A DNA stretch of 64,000 nucleotides from Minisyncoccota bacterium (lineage in GTDB: Bacteria > Patescibacteriota > Minisyncoccia > Minisyncoccales > JAQTVQ01), in contig JBBABZ010000003.1 of the NCBI GenBank assembly GCA_041657385.1, positions 8,820-72,819 of the forward strand. Reading direction: 5' to 3'. Positions within the stretch are counted from its first letter, which is position 1. The number at the start of each line of letters is the position of its first letter. Both the position numbers and the translations under genes were made by a program. This document shows, one piece after another, positions 48,412 to 58,842 of this stretch. The notes under the pieces are model-generated. The model worked only from the letters and a program-made list of their open reading frames with translations, ran no database searches and was not told the origin of the DNA.

Positions 48412-49608
48412 ATGGATAAGAAGAACAAAACTAACTGGCAAATAAAAAAACTTGGCGAGGTTTGTGATTTTGAGGGCGGTTCGCAACCGCCTAAAGTTAA
48501 TTTTATTCACGAACCAAGAAAAGGTTATGTGCGCTTTTTACAAATAAGAGATTTTGGAAGCGATAAACACATTACATATATCCCAGACTCGAAGAAAAAT
48601 AGACACTGCACAGAGGATGATATTTTACTTGGTAGATACGGAGCTTCCGTTGGAAAAATATTGATCAATAAAAAGGGAGCATATAATGTAGCTGTAATGA
48701 AAACATTGCCCAAATACGATCTTTTAGATAAAAAGTATTTCTATTTTTATTTAATTTCAGATGAGTTTCAAAAGCGTTTAAGCAAGGTGGCGGCTAGGTC
48801 AGCACAAGCAGGATTTAGTAAAGATGATATTTATGACTTTCCAGTTGTAACGCCGCCCCTCCCTGAACAACGCCGTATTGTGAAAATTTTGGATGAGGTT
48901 TTCGAGAAGACGGCGAAGGCGAAAGAAAATGCGCAAAAAAATCTGCAAAATGCCAAAGAGCTTTTTGAATCGTATTTGCAGAGTGTTTTTGCTCCTCCTT
49001 CGCTAAAGTTAAGAGCGGACAAGGAACCATCGGGAACGAATTGGAAGGAAAAAAAATTGGGAGAAATCGCATCTTTTTCGCAGGGAATACAAGTTGGGTT
49101 AGAAAAACATTTGACGGAGCCAAAAAAAGATTATGTTAGATTTATCAGGATTGTCGATTACACTCAGGACACAGAAGATATCAGATATATTCCAAATCCT
49201 GGAGATAAATATTTTGTTAATGAGAATGATATCGTAATGGTCCGGTATGGCACACCTGGTTTAATCGGGAGAGGAAAAGCGGGTGTAATTGCCAATAATC
49301 TATTCAAGATAACAATAGATAAAAATTATTTGTTGAACGATTATTTATGTTTTTACCTATCTCAAAAAAATATACAAATTTATTTAAGTACCCGAGGTTC
49401 TGCTACTATGCCTGCATTAAATTTTGGGCAGCTTAAAACAGTAGTTATCAATTTTCCATCATTATCCGAGCAAAAAGCGATTGTTGCCAAACTTGATGCA
49501 CTTTCTACCGAAACTAAAAAATTGGAGGCGATTTATAAACAAAAATTAGCGGATTTAGATGAGCTGAAAAAGTCAGTTCTTAAACGTGCCTTTATTGGTG
49601 ATTTATAA
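48412..49608 (+). CDS. hsdS: type I restriction-modification system specificity subunit (HsdS)
   Basis: Two target-recognition domains separated by conserved coiled-coil regions, repeated at the C-terminus (LDEVFEKTAKAKENAQKNLQNAKELFESYLQ). ATG 48412 abuts the OLD gene stop. Confidence 0.85.
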   Translation: MDKKNKTNWQIKKLGEVCDFEGGSQPPKVNFIHEPRKGYVRFLQIRDFGSDKHITYIPDSKKNRHCTEDDILLGRYGASVGKILINKKGAYNVAVMKTLPKYDLLDKKYFYFYLISDEFQKRLSKVAARSAQAGFSKDDIYDFPVVTPPLPEQRRIVKILDEVFEKTAKAKENAQKNLQNAKELFESYLQSVFAPPSLKLRADKEPSGTNWKEKKLGEIASFSQGIQVGLEKHLTEPKKDYVRFIRIVDYTQDTEDIRYIPNPGDKYFVNENDIVMVRYGTPGLIGRGKAGVIANNLFKITIDKNYLLNDYLCFYLSQKNIQIYLSTRGSATMPALNFGQLKTVVINFPSLSEQKAIVAKLDALSTETKKLEAIYKQKLADLDELKKSVLKRAFIGDL

Positions 49609-49620
49609 TAAACTACATTT

Positions 49621-52011
49621 ATGAACGAATCAGAAACACGAGCCGAATATATTGACCCGAAACTTAAAGCGAGCGGATGGGGCGAAGTTGAGGGATCAAA
49701 AGTCCATCGCGAATTTCGTATTACCGAAGGTAAAATTCAAGCTGGCGGAATGCGGGGCAAGCCGGAAATTGCCGACTATATTTTGGTTTATAAAAACCGT
49801 AAAATTGGCGTGATCGAAGCCAAAGCCGAAAACTTGGAAGCCACTGAAGGTGTAGCGCAAGCCAAAGCGTATGCGCAAAAATTGCAGATTGATTATACTT
49901 ACGCCACCAACGGCAAAGAGATTTACGAAATATCTATGAAAACCGGGCGAGAAGGGATTATCGCCGATTTTCCAACTCCTGATGAATTGTGGAATAAGAC
50001 ATATTCTGACCAAAACGAATGGAAAGAAAAGTTTGCGAGCGTGCCAAACGAGGGCGAATACGGCAAGCGCTATTATCAAGAAATCGCCATCAATAATATT
50101 CTAAACGCTGTAGCGGAAGAAAAAAGCAGAATTCTTTTAACTATGGCAACCGGTACCGGAAAAACTGCTGTAGCTTTTCAGGTCGCCTGGAAACTTTTTC
50201 AAACTCGCTGGAATTTGAAACGCGATGGCGCCCGCCGACCGAGAATTTTATTTTTAGCTGACAGGAATATTTTAGCCGATCAAGCGTTCAACGCTTTTTC
50301 CGCTTTTGATAAAGATGCACTTGTCCGCATTAATCCGTTGGATATTCGCAAAAAGGGCGGAGTCCCGATGAGCGGCAGCGTTTATTTCACAATTTTTCAA
50401 ACTTTTATGAGCGGCCAGGGCGGCAGCCCGTATTTCGGCGATTATCCGGCCGACTTTTTTGATTTTATTATAATTGACGAGTGCCATCGCGGCGGAGCCA
50501 ACGATGAAAGCAATTGGCGGGGGATTTTGGAATATTTTTCACCGGCGGTCCAGCTTGGTCTGACTGCCACGCCAAAACGGGCAGATAATATTGATACTTA
50601 TAAGTATTTTGGCGAACCGGTTTATATTTATTCGCTTAAAGAGGGCGTAAATGATGGTTTTTTAACGCCTTTCAAGGTTAAACGGATCAAAACTACGCTT
50701 GATGATTATGTTTATACTTCCGACGATCAAATCATTGAAGGAGAAGTAGAAGAAGGGAAAATTTATGAAGAACCAGATTTCAATCGGATTATTGTTATTA
50801 AAGAACGCGAAGCCAAAAGAGTTCGCGTATTATTGGACGAAATAAATCAAAACGAAAAGACGATTATATTTTGCGCGACCCAAGATCATGCGTTGGCCGT
50901 TCGTGATTTGGTGAATCAAATGAAGAAAAGCAAAGACCCGAATTATTGCGTGCGCGTAACGGCAAATGATGGCGCCCGAGGCGATCAGTTTTTACGTGAA
51001 TTTCAAGATAACGAAAAAACGATCCCGACAATTCTTACAACATCGCAAAAACTTTCTACTGGCGTTGATGCTCGTAATATTAGAAATATTGTTTTAATGC
51101 GACCGGTAAATTCAATGATTGAGTTCAAACAGATCATTGGCCGCGGAACCAGGCTTTTTGATGGAAAGGAATACTTCACGATTTATGATTTTGTGGATGC
51201 CTATAAACATTTCTCCGATCCGGAATGGGATGGCGAACCGGTCGACGAAATATGCTCAAAGTGCGGGAAAGAACCTTGTATTTGTGAAAAGGAACCTCCT
51301 CAAATATGTTCAATATGCGGGAAAGAACCATGTGAATGCGAAAAACCGCCTAAGCTTTGCCCAATATGCGGCAAACTGCCATGCGAATGTAAAAATCAAC
51401 CAAAGAAAAAATTGAAAATAAAACTGCGTGATGGTAAGGAGCGCGAGATAAAGCATATGATCTCCACTTCTTTTTGGGGTGCCGATGGCAAGCCGATCTC
51501 TATTCAAGAGTTTATGGACAATATGTTTGGTACTATGCCGGAATTTTTCAAAAGCGAAGAAGAGCTGAGAAAGATTTGGTCGAATCCGACAACGCGGAAA
51601 GCGTTTTTAGAAAAAATTGCCGAAGCTGGTTATGGCAAAGACGAATTGGAAACGCTGCAAAAAATGATTGATGCCGAGCAAAGCGATTTGTTTGATGTTT
51701 TGTCATACATATCATTCTTAACTCAGCCAATTTCAAGAGTGCAGCGAGTAGAACAAGCAAAAGACAACATTTTTGAAGGCTTAGAAGAAAAACAAAAAGA
51801 ATTTTTAGATTTTGTTTTATCAAAATACGAACAAAAAGGCGTTGAGGAGCTTGATGAAGAAAAATTACCGATCTTACTAAATTTAAAATATCATTCGCCA
51901 GCTGATGCAATAAACATTCTCGGTGATGTAGAAAACATTCGATCAATTTTCTTCGCCTTTCAGAAAAATTTGTATGCCAAAACGAGCAAGGAGTACGCGC
52001 AGAAGAATTGA
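49621..52011 (+). CDS. hsdR: type I restriction enzyme R subunit (HsdR) with Cys-rich tandem-repeat insertion
   Basis: N-terminal PD-(D/E)xK domain (ADYILVY...VIEAKA) and SF2 helicase motifs (ATGTGKT, DECHR). Near the C-terminus, three ~36-39-nt tandem repeats encode C-x2-CGK-x-PC-x-CE (51243-51400). Confidence 0.9.
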   Translation: MNESETRAEYIDPKLKASGWGEVEGSKVHREFRITEGKIQAGGMRGKPEIADYILVYKNRKIGVIEAKAENLEATEGVAQAKAYAQKLQIDYTYATNGKEIYEISMKTGREGIIADFPTPDELWNKTYSDQNEWKEKFASVPNEGEYGKRYYQEIAINNILNAVAEEKSRILLTMATGTGKTAVAFQVAWKLFQTRWNLKRDGARRPRILFLADRNILADQAFNAFSAFDKDALVRINPLDIRKKGGVPMSGSVYFTIFQTFMSGQGGSPYFGDYPADFFDFIIIDECHRGGANDESNWRGILEYFSPAVQLGLTATPKRADNIDTYKYFGEPVYIYSLKEGVNDGFLTPFKVKRIKTTLDDYVYTSDDQIIEGEVEEGKIYEEPDFNRIIVIKEREAKRVRVLLDEINQNEKTIIFCATQDHALAVRDLVNQMKKSKDPNYCVRVTANDGARGDQFLREFQDNEKTIPTILTTSQKLSTGVDARNIRNIVLMRPVNSMIEFKQIIGRGTRLFDGKEYFTIYDFVDAYKHFSDPEWDGEPVDEICSKCGKEPCICEKEPPQICSICGKEPCECEKPPKLCPICGKLPCECKNQPKKKLKIKLRDGKEREIKHMISTSFWGADGKPISIQEFMDNMFGTMPEFFKSEEELRKIWSNPTTRKAFLEKIAEAGYGKDELETLQKMIDAEQSDLFDVLSYISFLTQPISRVQRVEQAKDNIFEGLEEKQKEFLDFVLSKYEQKGVEELDEEKLPILLNLKYHSPADAINILGDVENIRSIFFAFQKNLYAKTSKEYAQKN

Positions 52012-52128
52012 AGAAATATTATTGGGATAGTTCCTTTAAGGCAATATCCGAAGTAGGGATTTAAAAAGTAGTCTTCGACAAATCTTCTAAAGGTTTCAAA
52101 AAATAATGATTTATTTAATAAGCAAAAC

Positions 52129-52965
52129 ATGGAATTAAGAGACAGGATGCAAGAATTTAATCAACGCTGGAATGTTGAAAATAATGAATCGTATGGTGAG
52201 AGTTTTGCGAAATTTAAGATTCGCATTCTTAATATCTTAAAAAATATAGATAACCAAGTTACGGAAGGCAGCGTAACTTTATTTTGCCAATTGTATGGCA
52301 TACCAGAAAGTTGGGGATCTTATTCAGGGAGACGCAGATTGAGTGCGAACATTATCAATAGGATTAATGGTGAGAACAATGAAGTGGAGTTTTACAGGTT
52401 GCTAGAGGTTATTTTTTCTTTAGATATCCGTAGCCTCGATGGATATGGCGGATGGGAAGAATATAATAAGCGAAGCATCTATAAGGAAGTATGCCAAGCC
52501 ATTGGATTTTCAGATGTGAACCTTGCCACAACCATGACAGAAAAAGGGGAAATAATTTTTTATCCTAAGGGAGAAGAATTGTTAGATAACGAGCTTGTCA
52601 ATTTTGTTTTAAGCTTTTTATCGGTGGAGAGTAACAAACATTTTGAAGAAGCCCTTGGTTTTTATGGCGCCAAAAAATGGGTTAAATGTGCCGAGAGCTT
52701 ACGCCGTTCCCTTGAACAATATTTGCGAAAAAAGTTCAATAATAATATCGGCCTCAAGACGAATATCGTTGAAATCGGGAAAAAGTTAAAGAACCAAAAT
52801 TCGCCAGCGCAGATTAGAAGTATTGTTTCTATAATCTTTGGCCATCTTGATCAGTTTTTTAACGATAATAGCAAACACAATGATGGCGAGTTGGAAGAAT
52901 CTGATGCTGAATTTTTGATTTACCAAACAGCATTACTTATGCGTTATATCGAGAAATATCTCTAA
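52129..52965 (+). CDS. hypothetical protein
   Basis: 278 aa, alpha-helical, no motif recognised. Confidence 0.5.
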   Translation: MELRDRMQEFNQRWNVENNESYGESFAKFKIRILNILKNIDNQVTEGSVTLFCQLYGIPESWGSYSGRRRLSANIINRINGENNEVEFYRLLEVIFSLDIRSLDGYGGWEEYNKRSIYKEVCQAIGFSDVNLATTMTEKGEIIFYPKGEELLDNELVNFVLSFLSVESNKHFEEALGFYGAKKWVKCAESLRRSLEQYLRKKFNNNIGLKTNIVEIGKKLKNQNSPAQIRSIVSIIFGHLDQFFNDNSKHNDGELEESDAEFLIYQTALLMRYIEKYL

Positions 52966-52987
52966 AATCTTAACAGGAACAAATTAC

Positions 52988-53485
52988 GTGAATTTTTTAG
53001 CCGAAGATCTATTAAAAATTAAAACATTGGATCACTCTAAAATTCAAGCGTGGATCAAGCGGTATTTTTATGATTGTGGCTACTATTCCCGAACGGAAAA
53101 GGAAGTTTGGCGGGATAGAAAAGGCCGGATCGATGTGTTCGCCCAAAAGGGGAGCTATACGGTCGGGATCGAAGTCGATCACAGCTCGATCCGGCTGAAC
53201 TCAATTGAAAAGTTGAACGCACTTAATCCGTCTTTGGCGGTTTTTGTTTTAAAGGGGAAAGTTTTCAATTGGGAAAAAACTTATTCTCGTTTCAAATTTT
53301 TAAAGGTGAAATCTTTGATAATCCATTTGCAGACGAAAAGGTACAAGTGGGTCTGTCCCCAAGAGAAAAATTCTTGTAAAATAGACGAAAGTGTGGATAT
53401 TTACAATAAAAAAATACTTTCTAAAATGTGCCAAAATACAGATTCAGAAAATTTGAAAAAAGCCAAACGCCCCTCAAATTCATAA
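52988..53485 (+). CDS. hypothetical protein, possible restriction-endonuclease-like fold
   Basis: 165 aa. GRIDVF...YTVGIEVD could be a D...E-x-D/K nuclease core. Weak. Confidence 0.3.
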   Translation: MNFLAEDLLKIKTLDHSKIQAWIKRYFYDCGYYSRTEKEVWRDRKGRIDVFAQKGSYTVGIEVDHSSIRLNSIEKLNALNPSLAVFVLKGKVFNWEKTYSRFKFLKVKSLIIHLQTKRYKWVCPQEKNSCKIDESVDIYNKKILSKMCQNTDSENLKKAKRPSNS

Positions 53486-54282
53486 TCGGGCCTAAAGATA
53501 TTTTAATACTCCAAGACCTTGCCGCCTATAAGTTTTTAGATTCAAAACATATATTAGCCTTGCATCCGGAAATAAAGGAAAGAAGCCTTCAATCAAGGCT
53601 TCATTTGCTTTTCCACGGAGGATTGGTGGAGCGGCCGCCAAGCCAATTCACATACTTCCAAAAGGCGGCCCATATCGTTTACAGCCTGACCAAGAAAGGA
53701 GCGGAGCTGGTTTCTCAAGATATGGGAGTTTCCGATCAAGTAAAACAGCCCAAAAATATGGGCGTGTCTTTTTTACAGCACTCGCTGATGATCTCCAATT
53801 TCAAAACAATTCTGGAATTGGCCTTAAAAGAAAACGGCCAGTCAAAACTTTCTTTTTGGAGCGAGCCGAAAACCATTGATGTGATCTATTCCGGCGGCGA
53901 AAGGCTGCCAATCGCACCGGACGCGTTTTTCACGATAGAGGATAAGGATTATTTGATGCATTTTTTCCTTGAAGTGGACCGCTCAACGATGGCGCTTGAG
54001 CGGATGGTAAAGAAATTCAAAGGATACTGGGATTGGCGCGCCGAAGGCGGACACAAGCGAAAGCTGAAGATTTCCAATTTCCGCGTGCTGACGGTGGCCT
54101 TAACCGAAGACCGCAAAGAGAATATAAGAAAGATCGCTAGAAAAGCGGATGACAATCAAACCGGCAGCGAAATGTTCTGGTTTGCCTGTGAAAAAGCGTA
54201 TAATTTAGAAAACACCGGAAAGATATTGGATCCCATTTGGAAAACTTCGAAAAATGAAAATTTACACCATATATTGGAATAA
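53428..54282 (+). CDS. replication-relaxation family protein (plasmid/ICE-associated)
   Basis: PIAPDAFFTIEDKDYLMHFFLEVDRSTM matches the Replic_Relax core. The true start is probably internal (N-terminal region overlaps the previous ORF). Confidence 0.55.
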   Translation: MPKYRFRKFEKSQTPLKFIIGPKDILILQDLAAYKFLDSKHILALHPEIKERSLQSRLHLLFHGGLVERPPSQFTYFQKAAHIVYSLTKKGAELVSQDMGVSDQVKQPKNMGVSFLQHSLMISNFKTILELALKENGQSKLSFWSEPKTIDVIYSGGERLPIAPDAFFTIEDKDYLMHFFLEVDRSTMALERMVKKFKGYWDWRAEGGHKRKLKISNFRVLTVALTEDRKENIRKIARKADDNQTGSEMFWFACEKAYNLENTGKILDPIWKTSKNENLHHILE

Positions 54283-54330
54283 AGGTCGGCCAGGTTTTAA
54301 ATGTAATATTTTAACGCAACAATAAAACTT

Positions 54331-54837
54331 ATGTTTGCAAGAATAAAACAGGAAGCGATCTTGGAGAGTTGGGGAACTTTGGTCGGATCTGTCAGCGGCC
54401 GGAGCGAGGAATTTTTTAGAAAGACGGGAGAAGCCATAAATAGCTATAAAGTGCCATTTCTTGTAATGGACTATAAGGAAGTTGCTCCCAGTTTTGAAAA
54501 GGGGCTTTTCGGCAAAAAGCGTCCGGCCATCATCGTAACAAACAGAAAAATGCCTGAATATAAGATGTTTATCATGTGCAGGGATTATGGAACGCAACTT
54601 TCGATTTCTTGGTATCTTCTTTCCGCCAGCCCGTTGATGTACGCGATAACGACATTTGCGCAGACCTTAGCGCAAACAAAGAAGCCCATGGATGTATTTC
54701 AACTTGAAGAGCTTTCGTGCTGGACGGCAACCGTCCATCACGCGACAACCGCCGCCTCAAAAGAGATCGCCGAATCGGTTGGCTTCGATTTCTCCAAGGT
54801 TGATCAAAAATCAAGAGGTTTTTTAAATATTTCTTAA
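54331..54837 (+). CDS. hypothetical protein upstream of TraD/VirD4-like ATPase
   Basis: 168 aa. Its stop abuts the ATPase start. Confidence 0.5.
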   Translation: MFARIKQEAILESWGTLVGSVSGRSEEFFRKTGEAINSYKVPFLVMDYKEVAPSFEKGLFGKKRPAIIVTNRKMPEYKMFIMCRDYGTQLSISWYLLSASPLMYAITTFAQTLAQTKKPMDVFQLEELSCWTATVHHATTAASKEIAESVGFDFSKVDQKSRGFLNIS

Positions 54838-54838
54838 A

Positions 54839-56383
54839 ATGATTCCAGGCTGGTTGCGCCAATTCTTGGAAAAAGCCAAAGCGGTTTTGAAAAAGATTTG
54901 GGCCATCTTGAATAAGGATATTTTCGTCAAACCGCGTCCGTCAAAACCGGATGCGGCGAATGAAGTGCCTCCAGAAAGGAGGCTGGATTTGGGCTACGCT
55001 TGGGGCGTTGACGAGAAAACGAATATGGAAGGCTTTACCCAGAGAAAAGCGATCTATACGGATTATCGAAAGACGCATTTTTATATAATTGGCGCAACCG
55101 GCACCGGCAAGACCAAGTTTTTGGAGTCGCTCATTATCCAGGACCTCGTGAATGGCGAAGGCTTTGCGGTTATAGATCCGCACGGCGATCTGACCGAGAA
55201 TATCAAGGGTTGGCTGTATCACAAAACGCAAAAAGATTTTCAAAAGGATATTATTTTGATCGAGCCGACTAATCTTGAAAAGACCGTTAGTTTCAACCCC
55301 TTGGAGCCGATACCGGGCATCTCAAGCTCGGAGATCGCCAGCGAGCTGGTGGAAGTGTTTAGAAAGATTTGGATCGATTCCTGGGGCGAGCGGATGGCCG
55401 ATATAATGCGCAACTCTTTGATCGCGCTGGTGGAAAACGGCCTGACCTTGGCCGAATTGCCGCCGTTTTTGACAAATACCGCTTTCCGTAGAAAAGTGAT
55501 GCGTAATGTGAAGAATCCAACCTGCTTGGAACGGCTCGAATATTTCAATTCTTTGCCGCCTTCCACTTGGCGGGAATGGATCGAATCGACCTTGAATAAA
55601 GTAGATGCTTTTCTTTCGGATGCGAGGATCCGTGATATATTCTCTTCGCCTAAAAGTTCTTTCAACCTTCGGGAAATTATGGACAGCGGGAAAATCCTGC
55701 TGGTCAATCTAAGCCGGGGAAGACTGAAAGGCGGAGCCAATCTTTTGGGAGCGCTTCTGGTCAGCAAAATCCAGATGGCCGCTTTTTCCCGTGCCGATAT
55801 GCCGCAAACCAGCCGAAAGCAGTTTTATCTTTACATCGACGAGTTTCAAAATTTTGCCACGGAAAGTTTTGTCGAGATGTTAAGCGAGGCGCGGAAATAC
55901 AAACTTTCCCTGATAATGGCGCACCAGAATTTAAGCCAGCTCCCAAGAACTTTGAAGGATTCTATCCTTGCCAATTGCGGCATTCAAGCCTGTTTTCGCG
56001 TTAATCGTGAAGATGCCCAATTGCTGGCCAAGGAGCTGTTAAGCCCGCTTTACCAGCACCAGCCCGGCTGGGAGCTGAACATCCAGCGCTTGCAGGAACT
56101 GCCGCCGCGGACCTGCTTTGTGGCCAACCGGATGGAAGGCGGGATAATTTATATCTCCACGCCGGACGTGCCTAATCCTTGGGAGCTTATCTGGGGCGAA
56201 GAAGACGGCGAATGGAAGACTTATGACGAGGAAACTTTTCGCAGATTTATGGATGTAATGGGTTACGGTGCCTCTTATTTGCGGGATAGGGCCGAAGTAG
56301 AGGAGGAATATCTGCAAAGGTATACCGAGCTCGTTAAAAGCAAGGAAGGAGAGAATTTCAGGGAAAGAAAAGGCCAAATTTGA
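54839..56383 (+). CDS. TraD/TraG/VirD4-family coupling-protein-like P-loop ATPase (island copy)
   Basis: Walker A GATGTGKT, IDPHGD and Walker B FYLYIDEFQNFAT, the same signature as 9175..11037. Confidence 0.7.
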   Translation: MIPGWLRQFLEKAKAVLKKIWAILNKDIFVKPRPSKPDAANEVPPERRLDLGYAWGVDEKTNMEGFTQRKAIYTDYRKTHFYIIGATGTGKTKFLESLIIQDLVNGEGFAVIDPHGDLTENIKGWLYHKTQKDFQKDIILIEPTNLEKTVSFNPLEPIPGISSSEIASELVEVFRKIWIDSWGERMADIMRNSLIALVENGLTLAELPPFLTNTAFRRKVMRNVKNPTCLERLEYFNSLPPSTWREWIESTLNKVDAFLSDARIRDIFSSPKSSFNLREIMDSGKILLVNLSRGRLKGGANLLGALLVSKIQMAAFSRADMPQTSRKQFYLYIDEFQNFATESFVEMLSEARKYKLSLIMAHQNLSQLPRTLKDSILANCGIQACFRVNREDAQLLAKELLSPLYQHQPGWELNIQRLQELPPRTCFVANRMEGGIIYISTPDVPNPWELIWGEEDGEWKTYDEETFRRFMDVMGYGASYLRDRAEVEEEYLQRYTELVKSKEGENFRERKGQI

Positions 56384-56430
56384 AGAAATCCTTTACTTCT
56401 TTACTGTTTGTATAGTAAGAATAAGGCAAT

Positions 56431-57180
56431 ATGGATTTTATAGCTTCAAACTTAATAACTCCGGCCATAATTATTTCTGCGGCCGCCTATCTTACAAGAT
56501 TTTACGGTAAGGTTATCTCAGATCGAAAACCATTTTCTGACGATCGAGATTGGGAGATCGAATTTTCCGGAATTCTTTTTTTTATAACCATGCTCCTCTC
56601 TGTTGTGCCTGGGATTTTTAGCGCTTTAAAAATCGGTTGGCTTTTCCCTTTTGAGTGCCCTATAATTATGATTGTCTTTTTTTCGACGCTTTGGTTATCG
56701 ATTAGTATAGATATTCTTATTGATAAAAACACATATAAAAAGATATACGATATCAAAATTCCATTTATCCAAAATTTATTTAAATCAGCTAAAGATGACA
56801 GGACAAGATTAAAAGAACCCAACGCAAAATTTTGGACCATTAACGAATATGTGATACTTTGGTTTTTCCCATTCTTATATACATATATTTTGACCATCGA
56901 ATACCAGTCTCAAAATATAGAACGGTTATTCTCCGCAGGGCTCCTCGTTTTTTTAAATTCTATTTTAATAGCACTATTCTACTCACTAAGGAGAAATCGG
57001 CCACGGAAAGCTGATATAATTTTTATAAATAGAGAAAGGTCTCTTTTTGATGTGCTGTTATTAAAGGTAAATAATGATAATGTTCGCATTAAGCAGAAAG
57101 AGAAGGTTTCTATTATTAATAAAGACCAAATTGAGAGGATAGAATTACTTCCGATAAAAGATAATGCTAAAAAATATTAG
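56431..57180 (+). CDS. hypothetical polytopic membrane protein
   Basis: 249 aa, at least 5 hydrophobic helices. Confidence 0.5.
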   Translation: MDFIASNLITPAIIISAAAYLTRFYGKVISDRKPFSDDRDWEIEFSGILFFITMLLSVVPGIFSALKIGWLFPFECPIIMIVFFSTLWLSISIDILIDKNTYKKIYDIKIPFIQNLFKSAKDDRTRLKEPNAKFWTINEYVILWFFPFLYTYILTIEYQSQNIERLFSAGLLVFLNSILIALFYSLRRNRPRKADIIFINRERSLFDVLLLKVNNDNVRIKQKEKVSIINKDQIERIELLPIKDNAKKY

Positions 57181-57201
57181 AATTAATTAAAAAAACGATA
57201 A

Positions 57202-57984
57202 ATGCCAGATAAGATTATCATTTACCCGGAATTTACTATAGAAGAAATGGAGAGCGCTTTGTCTCCTTTTATGTCGAGTAGAACCCATAGCAGAAATATA
57301 GCTTACAGTTTGCAATTTTTGAAATATTGCGAAGAATTGATAAAACAAAAAATTGAGGTTAAATTTGCGATAGATTCTATCTTCTCAAAAGCGATGACCG
57401 TTATAGCATCTTCTGTCATAGAATGTTTGATATTTGATTCTTTAAAGAAAAATGATTGTTGCTTAGAGAAATGGAAAGACTTCCAACCTCCAACAGAGTT
57501 ACCGATTTATAAAGATGATCCAAACAGAAGGGTGAGGATAGTTTATCAAGAAAAAATAGAAGAGCCTCTAGACAAGTTTGTTCCTTTCGGAATGGCTATA
57601 AACTTAGCTATTGAAAATCAAATTATTGATAGTGGGATTAGATCATCGCTCGACAAAGTAAAAAGCGCAAGAGATTTGATACATATCAGAGGCGGCGAGG
57701 ATTTGGATATGAAAAAAATTAATTTAGATTTTTATTTTAAAATTACGCGGCCTACCTTAATAAAGATAATGGAGAAATTAAAACTAAAAAAAGCTATAGA
57801 ACTATTTGAATTGAGCAAAGCATCAGAATCAAAACCAAAAGAGATTGTTAAAAAACCATATTATAAGGGAGCTTCTATGGTTTGGTCTGTATCTAATAAG
57901 AAATGGTATTTAGTTAAAAAAGAAGGGGGGTTGGTTGATTTTCTTGGGGAGGAGAAAGATATTGAATGGCGAATTGTAAAATAA
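57202..57984 (+). CDS. hypothetical protein
   Basis: 260 aa, no motif recognised. Confidence 0.5.
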   Translation: MPDKIIIYPEFTIEEMESALSPFMSSRTHSRNIAYSLQFLKYCEELIKQKIEVKFAIDSIFSKAMTVIASSVIECLIFDSLKKNDCCLEKWKDFQPPTELPIYKDDPNRRVRIVYQEKIEEPLDKFVPFGMAINLAIENQIIDSGIRSSLDKVKSARDLIHIRGGEDLDMKKINLDFYFKITRPTLIKIMEKLKLKKAIELFELSKASESKPKEIVKKPYYKGASMVWSVSNKKWYLVKKEGGLVDFLGEEKDIEWRIVK

Positions 57985-58003
57985 ATATAAGATCAAAAAT
58001 AAA

Positions 58004-58816
58004 ATGCAAATTGATTCACCCGATATCAACGCGTTAATAAAGGATATTTTGCCGATCGAGGCTTCTTTCACCGGAGATCCCGGCCGTCCGGAGTCGGAAC
58101 AGGCTGTGGCGCAAAGCATAGAACGGTGGAGATTAAGCTATTTAAAAGAGCTGGAGGCGAACAATTCCCTTGATGATATCAAAAAATTCAAAGTTTTTAT
58201 CACCAGCCTATTATTAAGGGCCAACAGAGGCGAGGTCGGCGGGAGATTGTATAGGGCTCTTAACGATAGAATAAACGATTTCAAAGATCTGGATAGGAAA
58301 ACCGTCGCAGCCGTTTTAAAAGATGCTGGTTACCGTTTCCAACTTCAAGGCATAGAGACGGTGCTGGATGCCAAAAAATTATTGCTTGATAGGTATCAAG
58401 GCAGCTGGGATGGATATTTTAAAGAAGCAAAAGAAAATTACAGAAATAATTTTCCAGATGACGATTTTTTAAAGATAAAGGGGGTGGGCTTCAAGGTAAG
58501 AGATCTGGCCTCGAGCTGTTTTTTAAAAGAATATTCCGCTAATGATTTTCATGTAGTGGATGTTCTAGTAAGGACAGGTTTGATTTTATACGGATACGGC
58601 AATTTTAATTTTGGAACTAATCCTAATAATAACGAAAACTATTTATTTTTAAGGAATTTGATAATCAATATCTCCGAGCAAACACCTTATTCCCCAGGAG
58701 AAATTGATAGAATTTTTTGGCATTTCGGTCGGGCAGTTTGCAAAAGTAAGCCGTTGTGTGAAAAATGCTTCATTAAAAATATATGTTTGACCTATAGAAA
58801 TATAAAAGAGATTTGA
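58004..58816 (+). CDS. HhH-GPD superfamily DNA glycosylase with C-terminal 4-Cys (FeS-type) cluster, endonuclease III/MutY-like
   Basis: HhH-GPD signature LKIKGVGFKVRDLASSCFL...FHVVDVLVRTG (Lys + Asp). C-terminal C-x5-C-x2-C-x5-C (CKSKPLCEKCFIKNIC). Confidence 0.65.
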   Translation: MQIDSPDINALIKDILPIEASFTGDPGRPESEQAVAQSIERWRLSYLKELEANNSLDDIKKFKVFITSLLLRANRGEVGGRLYRALNDRINDFKDLDRKTVAAVLKDAGYRFQLQGIETVLDAKKLLLDRYQGSWDGYFKEAKENYRNNFPDDDFLKIKGVGFKVRDLASSCFLKEYSANDFHVVDVLVRTGLILYGYGNFNFGTNPNNNENYLFLRNLIINISEQTPYSPGEIDRIFWHFGRAVCKSKPLCEKCFIKNICLTYRNIKEI

Positions 58817-58842
58817 TAGGAAACTAAAAATTACAATATTTT

